A stretch of 64,000 nt of DNA, from positions 18,573-82,572 of the forward strand of contig JBJETR010000064.1 of the NCBI GenBank assembly GCA_051883415.1, read 5' to 3'. A program made the position numbers and the translations under genes. The stretch is from Christensenellales bacterium (GTDB lineage: Bacteria > Bacillota > Clostridia > Christensenellales > UBA3700). The notes under the pieces were generated by a model that saw only the letters and a list, made by a program, of their open reading frames with translations, did no database searches and was not told the origin of the DNA. Positions 34,901 to 42,845 of the stretch are shown piece by piece (position 1 is the first letter of the stretch; each line of letters begins with the position of its first letter).

Positions 34901-34940
34901 AAAAGAGCAAACTGTATTAGACGTTTGCTCTTTTTTATTG
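34901..34940. terminator. Bidirectional terminator between the small peptide gene and the convergent SDR gene
   Basis: aaaagagcaaac-tgtattagac-gtttgctctttt has an A-run on the left and a T-run on the right. Confidence 0.65.
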
Positions 34941-34975
34941 AGTATATAATAGTATACGTCTATTTGGATAACGTT

Positions 34976-35707
34976 TTACGTGTTCCAACCGCCGTTGATT
35001 GATAGCACTTGCCCGTTGATATAGCTAGCTTCGTCGCTTGCCAGCCACAATACCGCCTTGGCAATATCGTCGGTACTTCCTATTCTTTGGCAAGGTATAT
35101 CGTCTATAATATCTTGCAGGTCGCATGCGCTAAGACGTGCGTTCATATCCGTGTCTATTATACCGGGCGAGATACAGTTGACTCTGATATTGTTGTAGCC
35201 GAGTTCTTTTGCCATTGCCTTGCTAAAGGCGATAATTCCGCCTTTGGTAGCAGAGTAGACGGCTTCGCAAGAACCGCCTATCTCGCCCCATATCGAGGAT
35301 ATATTGATAATATTGCCCGACCGGTTGGAGAGCATGCATTTAGCGACCTTTTGAGTCATCACGATTGTACCCGTAAGGTTGACGGCAATAGTATTATTGA
35401 TTTGCTCGATAGGCATATCTATGAGTAGTCCGCTAGCAGATATACCCGCATTGTTGACGAGTAGGTCAACCTTGCCCCATCTATCAAGGGTAAATCTAAC
35501 GAGAGCCTCTGCTTGTGCTTCGTCGGATACGTCTGCCTTGTAGCATACTGCCGACAATCCTTGCACAGTCAATTCGTCGACCAAAGCCTTGGCTTGCTCT
35601 TCGGAGCTATTGTAATTGATAACCACGTTGTAGTTGTTTTGGGCAAGAAGGGTAGCAGTTGCTCTACCAATTCCTCGACTTGCACCCGTAATAATTGCTG
35701 TTTTCAT
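34976..35707 (-). CDS. SDR-family oxidoreductase (FabG-like 3-oxoacyl reductase)
   Basis: Motifs TGASRGIGRA, NNAG, and the catalytic S...YSATK. Confidence 0.85.
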   Translation of the reverse strand: MKTAIITGASRGIGRATATLLAQNNYNVVINYNSSEEQAKALVDELTVQGLSAVCYKADVSDEAQAEALVRFTLDRWGKVDLLVNNAGISASGLLIDMPIEQINNTIAVNLTGTIVMTQKVAKCMLSNRSGNIINISSIWGEIGGSCEAVYSATKGGIIAFSKAMAKELGYNNIRVNCISPGIIDTDMNARLSACDLQDIIDDIPCQRIGSTDDIAKAVLWLASDEASYINGQVLSINGGWNT

Positions 35708-35763
35708 ACTTCAATTATAACCAAGCAGTTGAAGAAAAGCAACTTTTGGTGTATATTATACGT

Positions 35764-37419
35764 ATGAATAATTTTTTTGAAGAGATAAACATAGACAATA
35801 ATATCGTCAGAGCCTTGACGGAAAACGGCATCTTCGAGCCAACGCCCATTCAGAGGGAGATTATTCCACTTGCTATGCAAGGCGGTGACGTGGTAGGTCA
35901 AGCGCCTACGGGCACGGGCAAGACGCTTGCTTTCGTTTTGCCTATTCTAAACAGCGTTGATAGAGAGGACGACGGCACGCAAATTATGGTGTTGTGTCCT
36001 ACGAGAGAATTGGTTATGCAGATATGCGCCGTATTTAGCGACACCCTCAAATATACCGAAAAGATTAGGGTTGCTGGGCTATACGGCGGACAAAATATCC
36101 AACGTCAACTTATGTTTTTGAGGAAGAAACCGCAAATAGTCGTAGGAACGGTGGGTAGAGTGCTCGACCATATAGACCGTAAAACGCTAAAATTAGCTAA
36201 AATCAAGGCGTTGGTGCTCGATGAGTGCGACGAAATGTTCGATATGGGATTTAGAAAAGATATAGAGAGCATAATGTCGTTGTGCCCAAAGGATTGTCAA
36301 AAGATGCTCTTTTCGGCGACTATTCCAACCGAAATCAAGTCGCTCATAGACCAAAGACTTGAGTCGCCTAGGTACGTCAAAGCTACTATAGACGGTGAAA
36401 ACACACCGAAGATCGAGCAAAAATATAGCGTGGTCAAGGATAGCCAACGAGTAGGATATCTTCTACAAATCATAGACGATAACAACTACGATAGAGTTAT
36501 TGTCTTTTGCAATACCAAGAAACGTGCGGACAAGCTTGGCGAGGCGCTTGCCAAAAAGCGTAGAAATGCGGTAGTGTTGCACGGTGACCTCAAACAGTCG
36601 CAAAGAACGGCTATGATGAAACAGTTTAGGAAGGGACAAGTCGAGATGCTCATAGCTACCGACGTGGCGGCAAGGGGTATTGACGTGGATGACGTTCAAG
36701 CCATAATCAACTTTGATCCGCCTACTACGCCCGACTTTTACGTGCACCGTATAGGAAGGACGGCGAGAGCGAGCAAAGGCGGTGCAGCCTATACTTTTAT
36801 AGACGGAGAACAAACGGCAAATATTCCGCTATATCAAAAGGCAGCGAACAACGCATTGCAGTATTTGGAGATGAATGGGGACGTTGACAGCTTTACTTTG
36901 CCTAAGGATAGCTCCAATCGTCTAAATCGTGAATGCGTAGAAGCCAACGTGTCGAGATTTTTTGTCAACGTGGGCAAAAAGGATATGCTAGATAAGGATA
37001 CCGTAGTCAAGATAATTACCACCAAGACGGCTATCAAAATTTACGAGATAACTGACGTCAAGCTGAGAGATACCTATGGCTTTGTCGAAGTGGTCAAAGG
37101 CAAGGAAAGCGAGCTCAAAAAGCTCGAAGGCATGACGATAGGTAAGCGTAAATTGAGTATAGAAGAAGCCGACAAAGAGAAGATGCAAAAGCCGTCTAAA
37201 GAGGGTAAGAGCGATTATAAATCAAGCAAGAAGTCTGCCAAAAGCGACAATGGAGGCTACAAGTCTGGCAAGAAGTCGGATAAGAGTAGCTATAGAGAGA
37301 GTCGAAAGAAAAACGGCGTGGGCGATAGAGCTAAGAAGAGTGTCAAGGGTAGTGCCAAGAGTTCACGAGACACCAAGTCCAAGTACCCTTCCAAAAAGAG
37401 ATACCAAACACAAAAATAG
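35764..37419 (+). CDS. DEAD-box ATP-dependent RNA helicase with a DbpA-like RNA-binding domain and a Lys/Ser-rich tail
   Basis: Q motif (FEPTPIQ), Walker A (AQAPTGTGKT), DECD (a DEAD variant), SAT, HRIGRTARA; C-terminal tail KSSKKSAKSDNGGYKSGKKSDKSS. The start is at the ATG at 35764. Confidence 0.9.
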   Translation: MNNFFEEINIDNNIVRALTENGIFEPTPIQREIIPLAMQGGDVVGQAPTGTGKTLAFVLPILNSVDREDDGTQIMVLCPTRELVMQICAVFSDTLKYTEKIRVAGLYGGQNIQRQLMFLRKKPQIVVGTVGRVLDHIDRKTLKLAKIKALVLDECDEMFDMGFRKDIESIMSLCPKDCQKMLFSATIPTEIKSLIDQRLESPRYVKATIDGENTPKIEQKYSVVKDSQRVGYLLQIIDDNNYDRVIVFCNTKKRADKLGEALAKKRRNAVVLHGDLKQSQRTAMMKQFRKGQVEMLIATDVAARGIDVDDVQAIINFDPPTTPDFYVHRIGRTARASKGGAAYTFIDGEQTANIPLYQKAANNALQYLEMNGDVDSFTLPKDSSNRLNRECVEANVSRFFVNVGKKDMLDKDTVVKIITTKTAIKIYEITDVKLRDTYGFVEVVKGKESELKKLEGMTIGKRKLSIEEADKEKMQKPSKEGKSDYKSSKKSAKSDNGGYKSGKKSDKSSYRESRKKNGVGDRAKKSVKGSAKSSRDTKSKYPSKKRYQTQK

Positions 37420-37445
37420 ACGCTATTTTTAGCGTCTAGTTTGAT
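37417..37445 (+). terminator. Weak hairpin overlapping the helicase stop codon
   Basis: tagacgct-attttt-agcgtcta, but the downstream U-run is poor. Confidence 0.35.
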
Positions 37446-37458
37446 GTTTGATTTAGTC

Positions 37459-37484
37459 AAAAAGTCGATACGTATCGACTTTTT
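37459..37484. repeat. Perfect 26-bp palindrome AAAAAGTCGATACGTATCGACTTTTT; reference copy of the intergenic element and a likely bidirectional terminator
   Basis: It is a perfect reverse-complement palindrome lying between the convergent helicase and potD genes. Confidence 0.8.
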
Positions 37485-37490
37485 ATTGTT

Positions 37491-38780
37491 TTAGGCGTTG
37501 AGGACGTTTGCCCAAACGCTATCTATGATTTTGGTATTTTCTTCGCCAAAGTCTGCCATAACGCCACATCTTTTTACAATATCCAAAGATGGGAATTGAA
37601 CAGGATCCACGATAATGTTCTTGGCTTGTTCGCTGAGCTCTCCTCCGAAGAAGTAGCTGAGGTCGGAAGCGTCGTAATCTTCGCTTGTATAAGCTACGAA
37701 TTCGTCGTTGTCATCGTAGTAACCTTGACACCAATCAAAGGTTGCTTGTGTTGCCACACAAGAGGTATAGCCAATCCATTCCATATTTTCGATAGCGACG
37801 TCTTCTTGGCACAAGAAGTTGATCCAAAGGTTGGCGGCAACGGTGTTTTTGGCGTACTTAGGAATAGCCCAGCAGTCTACCCAAACGTTGGAGCCTTCTT
37901 GAGGTACGTAGTAGTCGAGGTTTCTTGAGATGCCCAATTCTTCTTGCAATTCTCCCATAGAATAGATTGCGTCGCCCGACCATTGCAGAGCCATATCTAC
38001 TTTACCTTCAATTATAGCCGACTTACCCTCGTCAGTCTCGTAACCGCATTTGACGTTTTGTTTTTGCCATACGAGAGATTGTTGAACGGCACTAGCATTG
38101 GCAACGTTGTTGAGAGCCATTTCCGGTGTAATATTGGCGTCATAGCTAGAAGAAGCAGTGTTGCAGAAGGTATAGATTGCACCTACGGCGTAGGTGTCGC
38201 GTACGCTCTTTTTCATATTGACTCTGCCTTGATAAGCAGGATCCCACAATGCACCCCAGCCCTTTAAATCGAGGTATTCGAGAGAAATGACGTCGGTTGC
38301 GTACACGATACCCATCGTTCCCCACATATAAGGAGTGGAGTACTTTCCGCTTGGATCGTAGGTGAAGTTGTTGACGGTGTTGTCAAGGAAGTAGCCTGAT
38401 ATATTGGACTTGCGATAGTCTTCGATAGGATTGCCGTCGAGGTCGTCGCCAAGCGGAGATTGCTCGAGGAGCAATTCTTCTCTAAGCATTCTCTCAATCA
38501 TATAGTCGGAGGCGCAAATCACGTCGTAGTCGGACTTTTTGATAGCGACTTTGGAGTGCATGGTCTCGTTGGTGTCGTACTCGTCGTAGACGATAGAGAT
38601 TTTTTTGCCCGTGACGGACTTGTAATATTCTTTGAATTGGTCGATGACGTCTTCTCCGATATATTCGGCGCAGTTGTAGATTTTGAGGGTGTCCTCACGG
38701 GAGGTACAAGCACTCAAAACGGGGATACTCATAGTAATGAGCATAACCGCAATCAACACGATACAAAGTTTTTTCTTCAT
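37491..38780 (-). CDS. potD: Spermidine/putrescine ABC transporter substrate-binding lipoprotein
   Basis: Lipobox L-S-A-C. It is the last gene of the potABCD-ordered operon. The N-terminal region matches the PotD/PotF family (LKIYNCAEYIGEDVIDQFKE). Confidence 0.8.
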   Translation of the reverse strand: MKKKLCIVLIAVMLITMSIPVLSACTSREDTLKIYNCAEYIGEDVIDQFKEYYKSVTGKKISIVYDEYDTNETMHSKVAIKKSDYDVICASDYMIERMLREELLLEQSPLGDDLDGNPIEDYRKSNISGYFLDNTVNNFTYDPSGKYSTPYMWGTMGIVYATDVISLEYLDLKGWGALWDPAYQGRVNMKKSVRDTYAVGAIYTFCNTASSSYDANITPEMALNNVANASAVQQSLVWQKQNVKCGYETDEGKSAIIEGKVDMALQWSGDAIYSMGELQEELGISRNLDYYVPQEGSNVWVDCWAIPKYAKNTVAANLWINFLCQEDVAIENMEWIGYTSCVATQATFDWCQGYYDDNDEFVAYTSEDYDASDLSYFFGGELSEQAKNIIVDPVQFPSLDIVKRCGVMADFGEENTKIIDSVWANVLNA

Positions 38781-39604
38781 TTTTTGTAAGCTCCTTGTTT
38801 TGAAGTTTTATTTTTCGGTTTGCGGTTGATAAGAGCCATCAAACCGAGGATTACCACGAATATTATTGACGACAAAGCTCTCATAGATGCAGGCAAAGAT
38901 TTTTTGCCGTGAGCTTTGAGATAGATGAGCGTCGATAGAGTCTGGAAACCGTCGATATTGAATTGGGTAATGACGAAGTCGTCTATCGACAGGGTAAAGG
39001 ACATCACGAAGCCCATCAATATGCCCGGCAAAATATCCGGGATAACTACCTTCCACAAGGCTTGCGTCGGCGTGCAGCCAAGGTCGAGAGCAGCCTCGTA
39101 AATCTTGTTGTCGCTCTGCTTTAGTCGAGGCAGTACGTTGAGTATGACGTACGGGGTACAGAAAGTCACGTGAGCCAAAATTACGTTGAGCATTTGTACT
39201 TGTCCGTCTAGCTGGACGAAGGTACGTAAAATGCCAAAGAGCAATACTAGCGAAACGGCGGTGACTATCTCGCTGTTGACCATAGGAATTTGGTTGATAT
39301 TGGTGATGACGGCTTTTGCCTTCTTCGACCTAATGGAGTTGATGCCGATAGCAGCCATCGTACCGAGCAGAGTAGAAATCAAACTTGCCGATACGCCGAT
39401 GATAGCGGTGTTGCGCAATGCTTCGAATATTGCGGCGCTGTCTCTACCCGTAAAGAGTTCTTTGTAAGCGTCGAAGCTAAAGCCGCCCCAAGAACTGAAA
39501 GAAGGCGTATTGGTGAATGAAAAGATAATCATCCACAATATTGGCAGATACAAAAATACGAGCACCGCTGCAAATAAGCATTTGACGAGTATTTTCTTTA
39601 CCAT
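38777..39604 (-). CDS. potC: Spermidine/putrescine ABC transporter permease
   Basis: Six-TM permease with an EAA-like loop (YEAALDLGCTPTQALWKVVIP). It overlaps potD by 4 bp. Confidence 0.8.
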   Translation of the reverse strand: MVKKILVKCLFAAVLVFLYLPILWMIIFSFTNTPSFSSWGGFSFDAYKELFTGRDSAAIFEALRNTAIIGVSASLISTLLGTMAAIGINSIRSKKAKAVITNINQIPMVNSEIVTAVSLVLLFGILRTFVQLDGQVQMLNVILAHVTFCTPYVILNVLPRLKQSDNKIYEAALDLGCTPTQALWKVVIPDILPGILMGFVMSFTLSIDDFVITQFNIDGFQTLSTLIYLKAHGKKSLPASMRALSSIIFVVILGLMALINRKPKNKTSKQGAYKK

Positions 39605-40410
39605 AATCCACCTCCCGAAGAAGCGTTGTCCTTGTCGTACTTGTTGACGACAATCATAGATATACCGATGACTATCAAGATGATAAAGGACATCGCGCTG
39701 GCAACGTTGAGACTGTTGACTACTTGCAAGTCGATAAAGTCGCCGATGAGGCTTATTTTGTTGCCACTGAGCAGTCCCGAAATTGCAAAGGTGGTGATAG
39801 TCGGCATAAATACCATCGTAATTCCGCTAAGCACTCCGGGGAGGGAGAGGGGAAGCGTCACTCTGACGAAGGCTTTGCGAGGCGAAGCGCCCAGATCGGC
39901 GGCACCTTCGAGCAAAGACGGATCTATCTTGGATATGGTGGTATAGATAGGCATTATCATAAAAGGCAAGTAGTTGTACACCATACCGAAAACGACGGTG
40001 CCCATACCCAATTCAACTTCCAGCGCCTCAAACATTGCTTTGGTGGCAAGGGTACGCAAGAGGAAGTTGATCCACATAGGTAGCATAAATAGCATAACCA
40101 GCACCGGACTCTTGTTGTACTTTTTGTCGGCGAGGAAGAGCGCTACGGGGTAGCCGACCGCCAAGCAAATGAGGGTAGTCAGCAAACCTACGTATATCGA
40201 ACGGGTGAGCATTTGCACGCTGGAAGGACTAAAGATAGTCTTGTAGTTGTCGAAGGTGAAGTTCCAAGACAGCGAGCCGTCGCTCCTCGTCTCGCAAAAA
40301 GAGTAGAGTAGCAAAATCAACAGCGGCAATATGACGAATATCGCCATAAATACCACGTAAGGGATTGCCAAATATTTGCGAGTAAATCCGCTAAGTTTCA
40401 TCTTTTTCAT
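39598..40410 (-). CDS. potB: Spermidine/putrescine ABC transporter permease
   Basis: Permease with an EAA-like loop ([21 protein letters not shown]). It overlaps both potA and potC. Confidence 0.8.
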   Translation of the reverse strand: MKKMKLSGFTRKYLAIPYVVFMAIFVILPLLILLLYSFCETRSDGSLSWNFTFDNYKTIFSPSSVQMLTRSIYVGLLTTLICLAVGYPVALFLADKKYNKSPVLVMLFMLPMWINFLLRTLATKAMFEALEVELGMGTVVFGMVYNYLPFMIMPIYTTISKIDPSLLEGAADLGASPRKAFVRVTLPLSLPGVLSGITMVFMPTITTFAISGLLSGNKISLIGDFIDLQVVNSLNVASAMSFIILIVIGISMIVVNKYDKDNASSGGGLW

Positions 40411-42044
40411 TCTTCTATCATCCTTATAAACTTAAAGCGGTCAGGCTTGACTGCAATACCCACTCTGTCGCCGTCGTCCCAAAGGTATTCGGTATCGGCA
40501 AAGATATGGTGATTGTTGTCGGTTCTTAGGCATACAATATAGTTTTTGCCCTTATAAATCATAGATTCCACGTTGGCGGCAAGAGGAGCGTCCATCTCGT
40601 CGTCGGTCATCTCCACGTCGGTAAACTCAAATCTAACTACGGCTTTTTTGCCTTTGAGCGTCGTCTCCTCGCCGTCTATCGTAAGGATATCGTTCTCGCT
40701 ATCGTAGGTGCAATTGCTAAATAAAGCCGTAGGCGTAAAGTCGTAAGTTCCGCCATACAAGTCGAGGGTAGTGTTGGAGAGGAATTCTACTTGCTTGTCG
40801 TTGGCGTAGAGTTCCTTGGTCATGATGTGGATATTGTCAGGATCGACGTAGAGGCTAACTTCGCTTCCTATAGGTCTTTCTACGGTGTTGTGAATGATAA
40901 ATTCATAGCCGCCGGCAATGCAAGACATCTCGTAATGCACACCCTTAAAAATCGAAGATACGATTTTGCCGTCAAGTATGCCTTTGCCCTTTTCGCGTAC
41001 TTCCCAGTCCTCAGGTCTTACCACGATATCTACCTTTTGGTTAGGTTCGAAGCCGACGTCCACGCAATCCCATTGCACGCCCGCAAAGATAACTTTTTTG
41101 TCCTCGGGCATCACGCCGTCGAGAATGTTGGATTCGCCGATAAAGTCGGCAACGTAAGCCGTCTTAGGCTCGTTGTAAATGTCGATAGGGCTACCTTCTT
41201 GGCAAATCTTGCCGTCGCGCATAACTACGATAGTGTCACTCATTGTCAAGGCTTCTTCTTGGTCATGGGTGACGTAGATAAAGGTTATGCCGAGTTTTTG
41301 GTGCATGGATTTGAGCTCGAGTTGCATCTCTTGACGCATCTTGAGGTCGAGTGCTCCCAAAGGCTCGTCGAGAAGCAAAATCTTTGGCTCGTTGACGATT
41401 GCTCTTGCTATAGCTACTCTCTGTTGTTGTCCGCCCGAGAGAGAGTTGACGTCACGATTTTCATAGTCGCTGAGTCCAACGATTTTGAGTGCACGACGCA
41501 CCTTTTCTTCGATAAAAGCCTTGTAACAGTTTACCTTTTTGGTGGTGACGTTGCCCTTTCTATCCTTGGTGGTTACCATCTTGTATTGACGGCAAAAAGG
41601 TACGATTTTGACTGTTTTTTCGCCGTTTTTGCCCACAATTTCTTGTTCAACGGGTTTGCGTTTTAGATTGACGAGTTTGGTCGCCTTCTCGCCTTTGCGA
41701 TTGACGTATTCCACCTCTACCTTTTTCATCTTCAGACCAAAGGCAATGTTTTTGAATACGTTGAGATGAGGGAAGAGAGCGTACTTTTGGAATACAGTAT
41801 TGACCTCTCTCTTGTGAGGTGGCAGAGAGGTGATATCCTCTCCGTCAAAGAGTACTTGTCCTTCGGTTGGTTGCTCAAATCCCGCAATCATACGAAGCGT
41901 CGTAGTCTTACCGCAACCGCTTGGACCGAGTAGGGTGACGAATTGTCCCTTCTCAATCTTGAGATTGGCGTTGTTGACAACCCTCTTGTCGTCGTAATAT
42001 TTGTTGATATTTTTTAGTTCGAGTATATATTTTTTGTTTTCCAT
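40407..42044 (-). CDS. potA: Spermidine/putrescine ABC transporter ATPase, unusually long at 545 aa
   Basis: Walker A (GPSGCGKTT), Q-loop, [14 protein letters not shown], Walker B ([11 protein letters not shown]), H-loop (VTHDQ). A basic insertion of about 65 aa sits between FGL and LSGGQ, and there is an extra C-terminal TOBE-like segment. Confidence 0.85.
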   Translation of the reverse strand: MENKKYILELKNINKYYDDKRVVNNANLKIEKGQFVTLLGPSGCGKTTTLRMIAGFEQPTEGQVLFDGEDITSLPPHKREVNTVFQKYALFPHLNVFKNIAFGLKMKKVEVEYVNRKGEKATKLVNLKRKPVEQEIVGKNGEKTVKIVPFCRQYKMVTTKDRKGNVTTKKVNCYKAFIEEKVRRALKIVGLSDYENRDVNSLSGGQQQRVAIARAIVNEPKILLLDEPLGALDLKMRQEMQLELKSMHQKLGITFIYVTHDQEEALTMSDTIVVMRDGKICQEGSPIDIYNEPKTAYVADFIGESNILDGVMPEDKKVIFAGVQWDCVDVGFEPNQKVDIVVRPEDWEVREKGKGILDGKIVSSIFKGVHYEMSCIAGGYEFIIHNTVERPIGSEVSLYVDPDNIHIMTKELYANDKQVEFLSNTTLDLYGGTYDFTPTALFSNCTYDSENDILTIDGEETTLKGKKAVVRFEFTDVEMTDDEMDAPLAANVESMIYKGKNYIVCLRTDNNHHIFADTEYLWDDGDRVGIAVKPDRFKFIRMIEE

Positions 42045-42056
42045 CGTCGTGTCCTT

Positions 42057-42590
42057 TTAGAATGTAGGAGGGGAAGATACCCACAATATTTTTACGGGCG
42101 TATCGCCGTCGTTGACTATATAGTGCTTTTTGTTGCTTACGAAGTAGAAGGAGTTGCCTTGACTTAGTTTGTACTTCTTTTTGCCAATTATCAGCGTTGC
42201 GTTGCCCTCTAGCATATATCCGAATTCCTCGCCCTCGTGAGGCATATCCTCGAGCGTCTTGCTGTGAGCGTTGAGAGTCATCAGTATCGGCTCCATTTCG
42301 TTCTTTTGGCTGTTGGGCACTAGCCACGTGATAGAGCTGTCGTCGCTCTCCTTGACGAAGAAGTCGTCCTCTTCGAAGACTATTTGCTCGTCGCTGTCAT
42401 CGTTGAAAAAACTCTTGAGGTCGGAGCCCAACGCCGACAATATGTCGATGAGGGTGGCGATAGACGGCGAGGCAATGTCGTTTTCTAATTGCGAGATATA
42501 TCCTTTGGTCAAATCGCATCTGTCGGCAAGCTCTTCTTGCGTCAGACCGCATTGGAGTCTCAGCGACTTGATTTTGATACCGATTTCCAT
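42057..42590 (-). CDS. XRE-family HTH regulator with a C-terminal cupin sensor domain (PuuR-like); first gene of the pot operon
   Basis: The N-terminal HTH is IKSLRLQCGLTQEELADRCDLTKGYISQLEN. The C-terminal cupin is HEGEEFGYMLEGNATLIIG. It ends 12 nt upstream of potA, with AAGGA in between. Confidence 0.8.
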   Translation of the reverse strand: MEIGIKIKSLRLQCGLTQEELADRCDLTKGYISQLENDIASPSIATLIDILSALGSDLKSFFNDDSDEQIVFEEDDFFVKESDDSSITWLVPNSQKNEMEPILMTLNAHSKTLEDMPHEGEEFGYMLEGNATLIIGKKKYKLSQGNSFYFVSNKKHYIVNDGDTPVKILWVSSPPTF

Positions 42591-42607
42591 ATTTACCTCC
42601 TTTTCCG

Positions 42608-42680
42608 AGTTTAGTAAAACTAAACTTCAAAATTATTGAGTAAAAATTTTGTTAAACTTTGAGTTTAGATTTAGTAAACT
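42608..42680. promoter_or_regulatory. Two copies of an AGTTTAG-N5-CTAAACT-like palindrome in the leader of the regulator-pot operon (candidate operator)
   Basis: agtttagtaaaactaaact is at 42608-42626, and gagtttagatttagtaaact at 42661-42680. Both lie between the minus-strand promoter and the start codon. Confidence 0.3.
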
Positions 42681-42686
42681 GTTTTG

Positions 42687-42715
42687 ATTATATACACCCC
42701 CGATATATATGTCAA
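42687..42715 (-). promoter_or_regulatory. Consensus sigma-A promoter of the regulator-potABCD operon
   Basis: The minus strand reads TTGACA, a 17-nt spacer, then TATAAT. Confidence 0.6.
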
Positions 42716-42781
42716 TAATTTTGATATATTTTTTCAATTTTTTTGTAGAAATTCGTAGAATATTTTTTGTGCTAAATTGCC

Positions 42782-42810
42782 AAAAAAGAGCCCTGCTAAT
42801 TGCAAGGCTC
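42782..42810 (-). terminator. Rho-independent terminator after the lipase-like gene
   Basis: The minus strand reads gagccttgc-aatta-gcagggctc followed by TTTTTT. Confidence 0.65.
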
Positions 42811-42845
42811 GATAGAATGGTTTTGTAGTTTTTGCGTAAGCGGTT

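Noticed and set aside
40791-41666. 291-aa plus-strand ORF inside potA.
   Set aside because: It is in the codon-aligned antisense frame of potA, whose ABC motifs are unambiguous. This is the same codon-bias artefact.
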